From: Selaginella moellendorffii
Lineage: Eukaryota > Plantae > Lycopodiophyta
Assembly: GCF_000143415.4 (NCBI RefSeq)
Contig: NW_003314273.1
Span: 816,074 to 880,073 of the forward strand
Direction of reading: 5' to 3'
Length of the DNA stretch: 64,000 nt
Shown piece by piece: positions 49,608 through 62,464 of this stretch. The notes under the pieces were generated by a model. The model saw only the letters and a list, made by a program, of their open reading frames with translations. It ran no database searches and was not told the DNA's origin. Each line of letters begins with the position of its first letter. Position 1 is the first letter of the stretch. Position numbers and translations under genes: made by a program.

Positions 49608-50646
49608 TATAAGCCACAAATTTTTCCTTTTCCAATTTGCCAGCTTACCTCGTCTACCCGTCCAACACTACTTTGGCTTTTGCTAAGTTCCCTCGCCAAG
49701 GTTCCCACCTATGGTACCAGCTCCTACTTGGGCTTACTTGGTTTCAGCTACTCACTGCACGAGTAACAGAGCGTTAGCCATCCATCCACGGATTCCCAAA
49801 TCTCTCTCAATCCCCCTCTCCGGGTTAGACTGGACTTAAGGTTCGGCTACACTCCCCGCAGGCACAAACAGCTAAGCACACTAAGCCTCCAGGTTCCTAA
49901 CACCCCAACACTTGATCATGGGACCTCTAAATCCTAAGTCTTGGGTGCAGCACTTGCTTCAGGACGCCGAGGCGAAACACCATAGCCTAACGACCCGGTA
50001 TGGGTACCTCTACCCCCCCACTTCCATCCCGAAGGAAGGCCCAAGCCCCTAGGAAGGGCGATGACCAATGAGTCGCATGGTACTCAAGTGGGGCACCACT
50101 CCACATGAGCCGGGAGCACCGCAGTCGGTTTCCCTTTCGGGAGTGGGAGCTGCTCTTGAGCACTTCCTGGGGTGGCCCCTCCAGCACCACCCAAGTCCCT
50201 GCTCACTCCCACCCAAAGCCCCTCGGCCCCAGTCTCAACCTCAAGTCAGTTTGGAAGCACCACTGGAGAGTTCCTTCACGATTGGTTCCTGGACCTCACT
50301 ATCCCTACTATACTTTTGGAACCCCTTGCAGCCCCCCCCCCCCCCCCCCCTAGGAGACGCACGGTCTCAGACTCGATCTCGGACCCAATCTCGACTTGAC
50401 TTCGGACTCGACCTCAGACTCGGCCTCGGACCCGATTTGGATCTCAGACTCTCTCTCAAACTCAGTCTCGAACTCGGTCTCCAATTCGGCCTCAGACTCG
50501 ATCCCGGACTCTATCTCGAACTCGGTCTTAGAGTCGGTCTTTGACTTGATCTTCGACTCGGTCTCATCCGATGAACTCTTTGTCATTTTGGTCATGCTTT
50601 CGGGGATCCTTTAGCCTACGACACCTTGGCAAGTTGGTTCCTTACA
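49608..50646 (-). repeat. B2 5' LTR
   Basis: Adjacent to the PBS; terminus mutated to TATAAG. Confidence 0.88.
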
Positions 50647-51328
50647 CTTATTCATGCTGTACTTTGAGGATCCGCTTCTCAAGAACCAAGTAAAACCTTT
50701 ACCTGAGGTTATCCAAGGGGAAGAGGAATACGAAGTCGAGGCCATCCTCAATGCGTGCAAAAGCAAACGACAAGGACGCGAAGTGAGAGAGTTCCATGTG
50801 AAGTGGAAAGGATTTCCACACTGCGAAACAACATAAGAACCAAAGGAAAACCTAGCGAATGCGTGAGATTTAGTGGAGGAATTTTTGCAAAGTAGAACTC
50901 TATGTACTTATGCAAAATTCAATTAATGTATCAATTTGTGAAGTTGAGCAATGGCATATGTTAGGACCCGAAGGCGCGTCGAAGGTAAGCTAATTAGCAT
51001 GGGTTAACTAGGTCAACCAACTGTAGGAAACTACGCCCAACTCCCCGTGGGGAAGTCGAATTTGTAGATATATTCTACCGAGGTTGGGTTTGAGTCCTAA
51101 CCCCCTAGTAAAGCAAGGTTAGGTTCAAGTCCCGACCCCATACTAGGGCATGGTGAGGTGAGGGGTATAGGGAAACCTATATTCTGTTGTCATGGACTCT
51201 TGGCCGGGGAGGCTAACTTAGGCATACCGCTAAGTGGGGGGATGCCCCTGGAGACATGGTCAGCAAGTCATAAGATTAAAAAAAGATGTTCAATGTGGGC
51301 ATCGAACTTCTTCTATGGGTGGTGCAGT

Positions 51329-52491
51329 TGTAAGGAACCAACTCCTCGAGGTGTCATAGGCTAAAAGATCCCTGAAAGCACGACCGAAATGATAAAGAGT
51401 TCATCAGATAAGACCGAGTCTGAGATCGAGTTCAAGACCGACTCTAAGACTGAGTTCGAGATAGAGTCCGGGATCGAGTCCGAGGCCGACTCTAGGACCA
51501 AGTTCGAGACAGAGTCCGAGATCCAAGATCAGGTCCGAGACCGAGTGCGAGGTCAAGTCCGAAGTCGAGTCTGAGATCGGGTCCAAGGTCGAGCCCGAGA
51601 TCGAGTCTGAGACCGAGTTCGAAGTCGGGTCCGAGATTGAGTCCGAGACCGAGTCCGAAGTCAGGTCCGAGATTGAGTCCGAGATCGAGTCCAAGACCAA
51701 GTCTGAGTACTAATACGGGTCAAAGGGTGAAAGCCCAAAGCGTGCGTCTCCTAGGGGGGGGGGCTGCAGGGGGTTCCAAAAGTATAGTAGGGATGGGGAG
51801 GTTTAGGAATTAGTCTTGAAGGAACTCTCTAATGGTGTTTCTAAACTGGCTTGAGGTTGAGACTGGGACCAAGGGGCCTTGGGTGGGAGTGAGTATGGAC
51901 TTGGGTGGTGCCGAGGGGCCACCCAACGAAGTGCTCAAAAGCAACTTTCACTCTTGGAAGGGAAACTGACTATGGTGCTCCCATGTGGAGTGGTGCCCAC
52001 TTGAGTACCTTGCGGTTCATTGGTCCTCGCCCTTCCTAGGGGCTTAGGCCTTCCCTTCGGGATGGAAGTGGGGGGGCAGAGGTACCTATACCGAGCCATT
52101 AGGCCATGGTATCTCGCCCCGGCATCCCAAAACAAGTGTTGCACCCAAGGCTTGGGATTTAGAGGGTCCCATGATCAAGTCTTGTTGTACCAAAGGGTGT
52201 TAGGAACCTGGAGGCTTGGTGTTCTTGGTTGCTTGTGCCTGCAGGGAGTGTAGCCGAACCTTAAGTCCAGTCTAACCCGAGGAGGGGGATTGGGAGAGAT
52301 TATGGAATCTGTGGATGGATGGCTAACACTCCATTTCTCGTGCAGTGAATAGCTGAAACTAAGTAGGACCAAGTAGGAGCTGGTACAATAGACGGGAACC
52401 TTGGCGAAGGAACTTAGCAAAAACCAAGGCAGTGTTGATCAGATAGACAAGGTAAGCTGGCAAATTGGAAAGTTAAAATTTGTGGCTTACA
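51329..52491 (+). repeat. B1 3' LTR
   Basis: TGTAAG start after the PPT-like gggtggtgcag; CTTACA end. Confidence 0.9.
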
Positions 52492-53079
52492 GTTATCAAT
52501 GGAATTCTTAAAACCATCATAAAGCTTTTAGATCTATAACTCAACTCTTTAAGCTTCATAAACATCATTTGGAAAAAGCAAATCCAACTCTACACCTTAT
52601 AGATATTAAATATTGAGCATAATAACTATTTATAGTATAGAATATTTATTTAGAAAATCCATTAACATTGAAATAATAAGCTCTTTTAGAACAAAAGAAG
52701 AGGGAGATAGAGTATTAAAATTAACTATTGAACATTTAGGGTGATGAACAACCTTTCAGTTATAGATTTGAAGCTTGAAGACTTACTAAATAGTATGGCC
52801 ATTAAATTATTTTTCTTAAAAAATGAAGTGATTGCAATATAATTTACCTCCAATAGCATCCAAGAACTATATAAATATATAGAGCTTTTCAAAACCCTAA
52901 ATTGTTGTAAGCAACCAAAAAAAGCAATTTAGAAAACAATCTTTAAATATAAAGGCTCATGAACAAGAGTGCATCTTATTTTTCAATCAGTTAACAATCT
53001 TTAGATATTTGGGGTTAAGTGTCTTTGAGTTTAAATAGTATTAGATTATACACTAGCCAGAAATGCTATCTTACATTAA

Positions 53080-54390
53080 TAAGCCCCCAAAACTAACAAC
53101 AAAAGTAAAAAGTGAGAGGAATGGAAAAGCTATGAAAAAATATAAGATAAAAGGGGAAACCTTAAAGTCACATTTCGTTGAAATTTGGAAGAAGCATTAA
53201 AAGCTCAAAGAGTAACTCACTACAAGCCATTCTTGGTATTGATAATTAACATATATGGCTTTTGCATTTATATAAGTGGTTATAATTGGATTAACAATAA
53301 ATGTTTAAAAGTGTTATATGGATTTGGATCTTAATTATGTCATAGTTATTATCTAAATCTTTCTTATTCTTGTAGCTTTTCCAATTCTTTTGATTTTCCT
53401 CTTCTTTTCATTCATTTTTATAGTAGAATAGCATATTCTTCCTTTGTAATAGTCTCTTTTTCTTTATTAACAACTAAAAACAATGATTTGAGAAATTAAA
53501 AAGAAAGGGCCTATGAATAAAATATTTATCAATTGGTTAAGGGATATTTGGGGTTAAATATCCTCAAATTTAAATAATATTAGGTTCGGTGGAAATCCAA
53601 ATTTAAAAGTTTTACATTTAGTATTAAAGACATTTCAGGTTCGACTCTATTAATTGGTTGAAAGAATCACATCAAGAGTAGGGCTCTTGAAAGAGTTGGG
53701 GTTCTCAACTTCTATTTATGAGGGTGTGAACTTGCAAGGAAAAATGATGGATTATAAGAAATTAAAGAACATAACTTGAAAAATATTTTATTAGGATTAA
53801 TATATAAAGGGAAAGAAAGGATTTTGGGGTATTTAAAATTAAACATTGAATAATACTAGATTGGGTGATTTTTTAGGAAGTCCAAATTTAGGGGCTAGGA
53901 AAATTTAAGATGATATATACTATTGATTTTATCACTTTATAATGATTGCCATTTATCATGCAAATGATGCCTAATACCTATACAAATTTCCCACTTATCT
54001 TCACAGGATAGCATTGCAATGATATAATGGTTTGAGTATAGCTATCTATACATATTAGAGTCTTCTTCTGAATATCTTCAAAATGCATATTGGAAATGCT
54101 AATAATTATAATGATACCTTTTAACAATTGCATAGTCTCCATCAAAAGTCATTTGAGTATATTATATAAGTTCAATGTTTGCTTCCAGACAAAGCCTCTT
54201 ACTTCATGTAGAGTAAACAAATTACGTTGAGAGCACAATATTACAAGACATCATCTCTTCCACTTATATATGTGGGATGAAATAGATTTAGTTATATATA
54301 TGATCAAATAAAGTTTTTGACCTTATCCTTTCCATGGATTGGTTGTAGCACAATCATACTAAATATTGAGTCTTCAGAATTGTATCCCCA
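53080..54390. mobile_element. AT-rich decayed remnants of element-A family (~53080-53190 inverted; ~54275-54390 direct)
   Basis: tttttgaccttatc...gttgtagcacaatcat at ~54315-54357 matches 30838-30881; the reverse complement of 53100-53180 resembles 30885-30960. Confidence 0.55.
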
Positions 54391-55203
54391 AAAACTAAAG
54401 TTCAAGATATTACTCTATATATAATATTAATACAAAAATAAACTATTTTATAAATTTATCAATATGCTCCTAAAGAATATAAATGCTTTGTTTGACTTTA
54501 CCCATAAAAATTATACTTGGTCTTTTAAAAAACCATATCACAATGTGTAAGTCACAAACTTTCCTTATCATTTAGATTAGAAGAGAATAGGCTAAATAAA
54601 AATAAAACCATTTACTTATTTTTATGGTGATTTTAAATATATAAAAACTAGATATTATTTTATTTGCAGTAAAAACATGACTTTAAATGAAGAAGAATGT
54701 GGAATGATTATAGATGGTTTTAAAAATATGAATTCAAAAATTTAGAATATTATCGATCAGATTATGAAAAAACAGTATCATACGATTTTAAAGGAGGTGT
54801 TTCTATTTTAAAAAGTCAAATATTTCTTCAAGTTCTTCAACTTTCTTACCAATACCTTTTGATGGAAAATACTGTAAATCATGTATTTAAATATATATTA
54901 GATATATATGATATACATTCAATTTCAAGTTCATGTAAAAGTACTTCCAAGACTTGAAAATGATATTTTAAAAATCTTTAATATTTAATAACGAGCTAAT
55001 TAAGAATCTAGTAAAACTTCATAGTCTTATTTTATACATTCCACATGAGTATTTTTGCTAAGTTGACTATTGAGTAGACATGGTTTATATGCACCCACCC
55101 AACAATATTTGAAAGTTGAATTTGTATGTCTTAGAATAGTTATTTATTCATTATTATAATAAGTTAGATCCACTTATAAACTATTATTAACCATATTGAA
55201 GTT

Positions 55204-55345
55204 TCACCATCGCGGTGGTCGCCTGCTACAATCCCCGTCTGGAATCGCGTGGTTCATTGGTCCTCGTGAGCGTCACGTCTTTGATGCACGCCGCTCGTCC
55301 GAGCGCTCGACACCGGCAAGAGTGCAATCAAGAGAGTATCAAAGT
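55204..55345 (+). pseudogene. Decayed remnant of the LPAT last exon and 3' flank
   Basis: gtctggaatcgcgtggttca, gtgagcgtcacg, tccgagcgctcgacaccggcaa and aatcaagagagta match 28023-28222. Confidence 0.85.
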
Positions 55346-55466
55346 CTTTACTGTAGCGCGAAATTTGGAAAAGCCCGCGAAGAATTTGGCGCTTAAATTC
55401 CTCCCTGGGTCGAGCGAGGGAAAGGGCTTTGCTCTTCTTGGGCTAGATCTAGATAGAGAGGAAGCG

Positions 55467-56045
55467 ATGGTGGCGACGCTCAAGCCAGCGCGATTCTATG
55501 GAGACGCAATGCCGCGGCCTCACATCTACTATGGTACGTATCTCAACACGGAGCGCGTAGATCCTCCTCCGCCGGTGAACGAGGCGCTACTCCAGTGGGC
55601 CAAGGACGCACACTGGTCCATGGGCGGCCTCTCTTCCAAGCGCACGAGAATGCAGGGCAAGATCGAGGGCCGGATTAGCAAGCTTCGATCTGAGGAGGAC
55701 GAGGGGGCCAAATTGCCGGCGCCCAGCTCCAGCAACGAGAAGAAAAAGAGGAAGGGAGTAGTCGATGATGGTGGTCGAGAAGAAGAAGTTCCTTTGCCAA
55801 GTCCCGCCAATGATGCTCGAGGAAGTGGTCGAAAGTCGAGAAGGAAGCTCAGGAAGAAGAGTCAAGTCGCTGCCGCCGACGAGGAGGCTGGTGTCCCGGA
55901 TCCTCCGAGCTCTAGCCCCGAGAACGAGAGTGGCGAAGGCGATCTTCGTGCAAATCCTTCTTCCAGCAGTCCAAAGAATGGTGAGAGCTCGTCGCCACCA
56001 CCCAGACGGAGTTCTCGGATTAGCTCCCGCCGCAACACTACGTAA
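55467..56045 (+). CDS. Conserved uncharacterised plant protein with basic/acidic low-complexity tail (likely nuclear)
   Basis: N-terminal RFYGDAMPRPHIY...RVDPPPPV...WAKDAHWSMGGLS..R.QGKIEG resembles a plant unknown-function family (from memory); KKKRK NLS-like; intronless. Confidence 0.8.
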   Translation: MVATLKPARFYGDAMPRPHIYYGTYLNTERVDPPPPVNEALLQWAKDAHWSMGGLSSKRTRMQGKIEGRISKLRSEEDEGAKLPAPSSSNEKKKRKGVVDDGGREEEVPLPSPANDARGSGRKSRRKLRKKSQVAAADEEAGVPDPPSSSPENESGEGDLRANPSSSSPKNGESSSPPPRRSSRISSRRNTT

Positions 56046-56212
56046 TGTTCACAAGCACGCTCAAGTCGTTAGTTTTCAAAGATGAAATGGACAATCTACC
56101 AGTGTAGTCGATTGTTGTAACATTCCAGATCTTTCCTCTGTAGTCGATCGTGTTCTCCTGTGAGAATAATGGAGTTAGACCGAGAACGATAAACTCATAC
56201 TCTACCTCGAGT

Positions 56213-59167
56213 TTATAGAGTTCCAGGAACGTTCTGTAAGCTTTGAAGCTCCGCGATCAGCTTGTGTAGTATTTCCTTTTGGCGGGGAGATTCTTGCAGC
56301 AAAGCTATTCCTTCTCGTATCTTCGTCACGGCAGCAGTGGCTTCGTTCCCCTGTTCCTGTTTGGCTGTGCCAGTTTGTCTAAGAAGCTTGTCTTGCGAGG
56401 CTCTCTGTGACTCGCACTCTTCCCTGAGGAGCTCGAGATCGCCATCACTCATGCTCAGCGCTGTTCTGTCCGTGGCTTTCTCGAGGAACAAGCGGACTGC
56501 TGCCATGAAGCCGTCCTCCATGACCGTGTCCCCGGAGGAGTCGAATGATAGAGCAGCGTCGGCTGGAAGAAACCTCCAGAGATCGTTGCATGAGGTTGTC
56601 GCAGCAAACTCGCTGAATGATGTGAGGCCGGCGTGAACCAGAGCCCAGTGTTTCTCCGCCAGAGCCAGATGATAAAGCTTCCAGATGGCCTGGATTTGAG
56701 AGTCCGGCTCCTCTTCCTGGAAGGTAATGTCGGCCAAGCTTGTCAAAAGCTCTGGGAGATGAATCTTCAACTCCGGTCTGTCTTCGAGCTGCTCGTGATG
56801 CGATGATAGCTTGTCCTTTAACGTAATCACAGCGTTCTCAATATCCGAATCACTGAACACCGCCTTCAACCTCGCCAAACCGAGTACTGCTTTGCTCAAG
56901 AGTGGACTTCCAACCGCTGCTTTGTCTATGATGCTGAGTAACAGTTTTGAGATTTTGTTTGAAACGTCACGTTGGAAAGTATGGCTGAGAAAGCTTGTGT
57001 TAGTACGCCATCAGAAAAAGTAAGAGCTTTTTACCTCTCAGACGACAAGTCGAGCAGGATTGAAAGAGCCTCCTCTTTTGTGGGGAAAGAATTGGAAGAA
57101 ATGACGTCCAAAGCAGCACGCACTTGTTCCAGCGCAATATTTTTCGGAATAGCGAAACCTCGTCGTAGAAGGAGTGAAGCAATCACTGCGGAGGACTTCG
57201 CTGTGAAGACATCTCTCTTGAAAACTGAAGACGTCAGCCTGGCTCGTACCGAACCCGGCGCAAACTTTGCCAACCGGCAAATGAGTCTGGCGAAGTCTTC
57301 AAGAATTTCGGAATGCATGTCTCCGTAGCTTGAAGACGACAAATACCGATATAGTGAGAGTAGAGCCTCCAGGTGAGCCTGACAGAGCTTCTCGTTTCCG
57401 ACTTTAAAAATAAAGCTCCAAAGATCTAGCAGCAACTCTCGGCAAATCGAAAACCTGTGAATTGCGTTCCGGAAAATGAAGCGTTCCACCTCCTCCCATA
57501 CCTCCACTTTTGAAGCAGCAGCTAATACAAATGCTTCCAAAGCTTGCAAGACCGACAGATAAAGCAGTTGCATTCCTGGCTTGGCGTCGATCGATACCAG
57601 GGCCCTCTGCTGGAGTAGCATTGCATGAAGAGGCATTTCTGACAGCCTTTCCAGCAACCAGTCGAGCTTTCTTGAGAGTTGAAATAGAACGTCCGCTTGA
57701 AATTCCCTGGATAGTTGCAACAGTTGGATAAAAACAACAACCTCTGCCGCCGACGAGTATCTCTGGCAACTAGCAGCTTCACCAAGGACATTCACCACCA
57801 TGTCTTCCAGCTGAACGTCTCCGTTCGTGATATACTCGATAAGCTCTCTTTTTGAGTGAACCTGGATTTTCTCGGAGCTGAGAAGCGTGTGAAGAAAAGC
57901 GAGCGATGGCGGAGCAACTTGCACAGAGAGATCATTCGATATGGTCTCCAGAAAAGGCTGGCCATTTTCCAGAACCAGGAGTAACGCTGAGATGTTTATG
58001 GAGAACCCCGCAATCGCTTTCTGCACCAACACTGCTTCCGAGAGATAAGCACGAGAAATACGAAGAGCATGGACGACGTAAAACTTCACCATAACGAGGT
58101 GCTGACTTTTCAGGTTGCCAGAGGTGTCGTCAAGTAGAGACTGTGTAGGCCTGAGAGCCAGTGTGAGCCACTCTGATGCCAGCGACAAAAGTGTGGATAT
58201 AATGTTGGAAATACTGATGCTTCCGGCTGCAACATTGTGAAACGCTTCCATTTCGAGAAGTCGTGCTGCAACCCTCCATGACACGCTCACCAAGCCGGGG
58301 GCTGCCGCTTTCGCCCCAATCTCAACCAAAGCTTGCAGCACGCAAGCATAAATCTCGTGCATGCCACTGCTTAAGCGAGTGGTCGTAAGCTTCTTCAGCA
58401 CAGTATCTGTCATCAGCTTCAGAGACGTAGAGTGTGCCAATTGAATCTCCTTTGAAGCATCTCGGAACGTCTAGGTGATAAAAACAAAGGAACTCAAAAC
58501 CCGAGAGCATGAAAAACATTACCTCGGATAAAGACGCCGTTTTGACGAAGCGCAAGTAGTTTTCTAAGAGCGCCTTAAACGTGATATCGGGTTCGCACAA
58601 TAGAAGATCGGACTGGGAGAAAAGAGCCGAGATCAACCTTAGAAGCGGCAACTGCGCCTGCAAGGAAAAAATAAAATAGAATAAGCGAGACGAGACGTCC
58701 AAGCTAGGTAGAAATCTAGTCTCACCGTTTTGGCACATGAATCATCAGCAAACCATGCGCAAGCCTGACAAGAAAAATAGGAACAAGAAGAAAAATGAAC
58801 TGGGATGCTTACCTCACTGGCGATTTCACCATACTTCACGAGCAGTGCTCCATTGTTCTCATTTGCAGAAATCTGTGACGAAGCAGCAGCAAGGATTTCT
58901 AGACGATACTCGAGTTCTTGACTTTGAGACATCTTCCAAGATTTCTGGAGAATATTGAAAAGAATTAGACTGCAAACTAAGCGAATAAATTACTTACAAA
59001 AAGAGCGATGGCGACGGATCGAGCATAATCGGAAGAAATGCCGCTTGTTTCAAGCAGCTTGAACAGCGCAATCCGCTCCTCCACGATCTGTGGCGCCAGA
59101 TCAAAATGCGAGCTGGAAGAAATGTGGATCATACCTCGGATCGCTCCAGCGCCTCGAGTAGATCCAT
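56213..59167 (-). CDS. FLIP: FIGL1-interacting protein FLIP (C1orf112/FIRRM, DUF4487 family), multi-exon
   Basis: C-terminal WKLYHLALAEKHWALVHAGLTSFSEFAATTSCNDLWRFLPADAALSFD...FMAAVRLFLEK motif; N-terminus MDLLEALERSE/IVEERIAL; long helical exons. Confidence 0.8.
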
Positions 59168-59214
59168 CACAAAACCCTCCTTCCTCCTTGGAGAAATTCA
59201 AATGAATGATACGT

Positions 59215-59238
59215 TTTAGGGTTTTAGTTTTAGGGTTT
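59215..59238 (-). promoter_or_regulatory. Two telobox (AAACCCTAA) motifs in the 82-bp FLIP/RH57 intergenic gap
   Basis: ttagggttt occurs twice just upstream of the helicase ATG; teloboxes are typical of ribosome-biogenesis genes. Confidence 0.6.
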
Positions 59239-59249
59239 ATGGGTTTGTG

Positions 59250-61251
59250 ATGGATCCTCAGTCGCTGCTCTTCTCTGGAGTGCGAATCGACAAGAAGCGA
59301 TTCTCAGCCGACATCGCCCGATTCGAGGTAAGCTTCTTACAATCCTTCTGTAGGGGCGGTAAGTAAATCACAATGTTCCACAGAAGAAGAGAAAATCCGA
59401 CTTCTCAAACGCAAATGGAGGTTAGTTTCTATAACATGAAAGTATATGTTGTTTACTTCTTTTCTTTAGACAATGCTGGAGAGGATCTAGAGCTAAAGGT
59501 GATACATTCATCCATTTCGCTAACACTCTCACTCATAGAGAATTGCTACAGGACATTCCGTCGCTGAAGAAAAAACTTAAGATACGTGCTGCCGGTGATA
59601 ATGTTCCTCAGCCTCTCAGGAGTTTCCAGCAGCTTAGCTCGGAGTATCCTTCAATCCAGACTGTTAGAATTTGGATTTCTTATGAATTGTAGATACGACT
59701 GTGAGCCAAATTTGATGAAAAACTTGGTGGAAGCCGGCTACAAGGAGCCAACACCAGTGCAAAGGCAAGTTATTCCGGTTCTCCTTCAGGTAACGAAAAC
59801 AAATCTGATTATTTCTATCCTGTTTACAGGGTTTTCTCTTTTTAGGAACGCGAATGTTTTGTCTGTGCTCCTACTGGTTCTGGCAAATCTTTGGCATTCA
59901 TTCTGCCGATCTTAATGAAACTGAAGGTACCAGGTTCTTACTTGATACTAGATGAAGTGCTGAATCTTGTTCACTTTGTAGAAGTCGAGCCCAGATGGTA
60001 TCAGAGCAGTGATCCTGTGTCCTACACGCGAGTTGGCGGCACAGCTTATCACGGAATGTAGGAGGCTAGCAAATGGCAGTAAGATCCGTGCGAGATTGCT
60101 GACAAAAAGGCTTTTTAAGAACCCGGATTTTGCTAGCCTTCGCTGTGATATTCTAGTATCAACGCCTTTACGCCTGGATAAGCTTGTCAAGTCGGAAAAA
60201 ATCGATTTAAAACGGTATGCTTTTCTCTTTTAGTTTAAATGGTGTTTACTTGTTTCCCCCAGTGTCGAGTATTTTATCCTGGATGAATCCGACAAGCTTT
60301 TTGAGCTTGGATTTATGCAGCAAATCGATTCTATCGTGAGCGCCTGCACCCGGACAAACATTGTGAGAGCATTATTCAGTGCAACACTGCCTGAGACAGT
60401 GGAGGAACTTGCAAGAACCATTATGCACGATGCCATTCGTATCGTGATCGGAGAAAGGTGACATTTGGAAAACCACCTAGTTTACTTCAAATGTCAGGGG
60501 GTTTAACAGTAAGCGATGCAGGAATTCAGCTTCTGAGACAGTCCAGCAGAAGCTCATGTATGCTGGTAACGAGGAAGGCAAGTTGTTAGCCTTGAAACAA
60601 TTCTTCAAGGAGGTAATTTCTGTGACGAAGTTCTCCCTTTTGCTCTTTTATACATCCGTGTTTACATAGGGGCTTTCACCACCGATCATACTCTTCGTGC
60701 AATGCAAGGAACGGGCAAAACAGCTTCATAAAGCTTTGTTGTCAGAGAAGCTTAGAGTGGACAGTATTCATGCCGATCGCACGCAAACACAGGTTTAGTT
60801 ATTATCTTCTTCTCTTCTTTCTTTTGGAAGTAACGTTTTTTTTTTAGCGTGAGATTGCTGTCCTCAACTTTCGAACTGGCAAGACATGGATTCTCATAGC
60901 AACAGATCTAATGGCACGAGGAATGGATTTCAAGGGCGTGAACTGGGTCATAAACTACGATGTTCCCCAGGATACAACAGTGTACATTCATCGCATAGGT
61001 AACTATATTTCCACTTTTCAAGTTCACTTCATAAAACCAGCTTTCGTATTGCAGGACGCAGTGGTCGAGCTGGCCGGCCAGGAAATGCTTTGACATTGTA
61101 TGCCGAGGAAGACGTTCCACTGCTGCGGTCTATCGCCAACGTCATGAAAGCTTCTGGCTGTGATGTGCCCGAGTGGATGCTTTCCTTGCCCAAGATTCGC
61201 AAAAGGAACCAGAAGCGTATCCGGCGACAACCAGTGGGAGCTAGCGCGTGA
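59250..61251 (+). CDS. RH57: DEAD-box RNA helicase RH57 / DDX52 (ROK1) family
   Basis: Q motif EPTPVQ; APTGSGKS; PTRELA; DESD motif II; SAT; ARGMD; HRIGRSGRAG; N-terminal [12 protein letters not shown]. Confidence 0.88.
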
Positions 61252-62464
61252 AGACTCGTAAGTTCTCCACTCTTTTAAGCTTCTGCAGAAAATAAATAAC
61301 CAACGTTCCAGGAAAACATCGAGAAGTCACCTGGTTGAGAGTACCACTGAGGCAACAACAGCCTGCAGAACAAAGATTCTCGCAGCGTGTACCGCACAAA
61401 CTGGACTGGCCTCGGAAGTCTTGCTCAAGCTCCTCAAAAGAGATTAGCATATTCACAGGTCTTAAATGTGACGAGTTGCTCACTCCAATAAGCTCGCGCA
61501 CCAACAAGTGCTCAAAGGCCCACTGCGAAACTTTTTAGGAAATTGAAAACCTTCCTTTTCCAGTGATACTCAATCTATCATTAGCGAGCAATTTCAGGGG
61601 CTACCGGGCTACCAGCAAGTGAGAAAATTGTCGGGGAATGTTTTGGTGTTGTTGACTTCGTGATATTGTAAGAAGTCCAACAGATTCCGAAAGCTACATA
61701 TAAAGAATTTTACTTACACTGAGTCAATATTATGAGATCCAGTGCAATTACCGAGATTTTTGCGTTAAAAGCTTCGGCATACTAAGCCCAGGTTTGCAGT
61801 TGGATCGACTCGTGAATAAGCTGGTTAGCCTCTCTTTCTTGTGAAATGGGAAGTCCCTTGTGGGGACCACGAAACTGGAATAACTAGCACCGTTTCTAGA
61901 AATCTGACGAGGAATTGATGAAAAGGAAAGCTTGCCTGGTGATCTCTTCACTGGAAGGAAAAAGCAAAGGGATCATGTCTTACAAAAAACGAGATCTCAC
62001 TTGAGTTGATTGGCAGGAAAAAGAGTTTTTTTTGCGAAAAAAGATATGTACCAGTATGAATTGTAGCTGCTTGGGAAGAGGGCGACTGCAATAGATCCAA
62101 CAAGTTGTACAGAATTAGGGACTGCTTTGGTTTCTGCAAACCAAGAGACAAGTTAGATGCAAGAACTAGTTTCAACAACAACAAACCTGCGTAGAAAGAT
62201 CGAATTTGTCCAGAGCAAGAGCAAAGGGCATCGTGAGAAATAGAGAGAACTGCCTGCAAAGACATCCCAGTGTCACACAGTATCACAGAGTCATTTTCTG
62301 TGTCAGTAGAATAGACAAAATTTAGACAAAATAAAACCATGTACCTCATTTATACTAAAAGGTAGAAGGTAAAGAACGCTGTCAATCTTTAAGATCACTT
62401 TGTGTTTCTAAAACCAAAATCTAGGGTTCTAGCACGATGCGTGCCTTGGATCTATGCAGCTAGC

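Larger units (their letters stand above)
35740..50646 (-). mobile_element. Element B2: same family as B1, antisense, near-complete gag-PR-RT-RH-IN-chromodomain but pseudogenised; host of C
   Basis: [14 protein letters not shown]; RH TDASGFALGAVL; IN GHGG...CPTCQ, MDFITGLP, SDRD; PBS (reverse complement) 49593-49604; TSD CTTAC/CTTAT; B1 reading HPVFYVNL/FMLYFEDP resumes after it. Confidence 0.92.
32419..52491 (+). mobile_element. Element B1: chromovirus-type Ty3/gypsy, internally deleted (RT-RH-IN core missing), host of B2
   Basis: LTRs TGTAAG...CTTACA; PBS-Met TGGTATCGGAGC 33589-33600; gag, protease; chromodomain EEEYEVEAIL...FHVKWKGFP at ~50720-50880; TSD GTCAT/GTTAT. Confidence 0.9.

Noticed and set aside
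51708-51765. Twister-like TAA...GGGTGAAAGCCC
   Set aside because: Lacks P4 pairing and the conserved catalytic G/L1 sequence; kept only as a GNRA hairpin.
52492-55200. Possible endogenous virus or Helitron in the AT-rich tract
   Set aside because: No ORFs or termini recognisable; the only identifiable pieces match element A.
55215-55466. N-terminal extension of the 276-aa ORF
   Set aside because: Non-ATG start running through the LPAT remnant; the conserved domain starts at ATG 55467.
61500-62400. Short minus-strand ORFs between RH57 and PPR
   Set aside because: No homology or coherent gene structure recognisable by eye.
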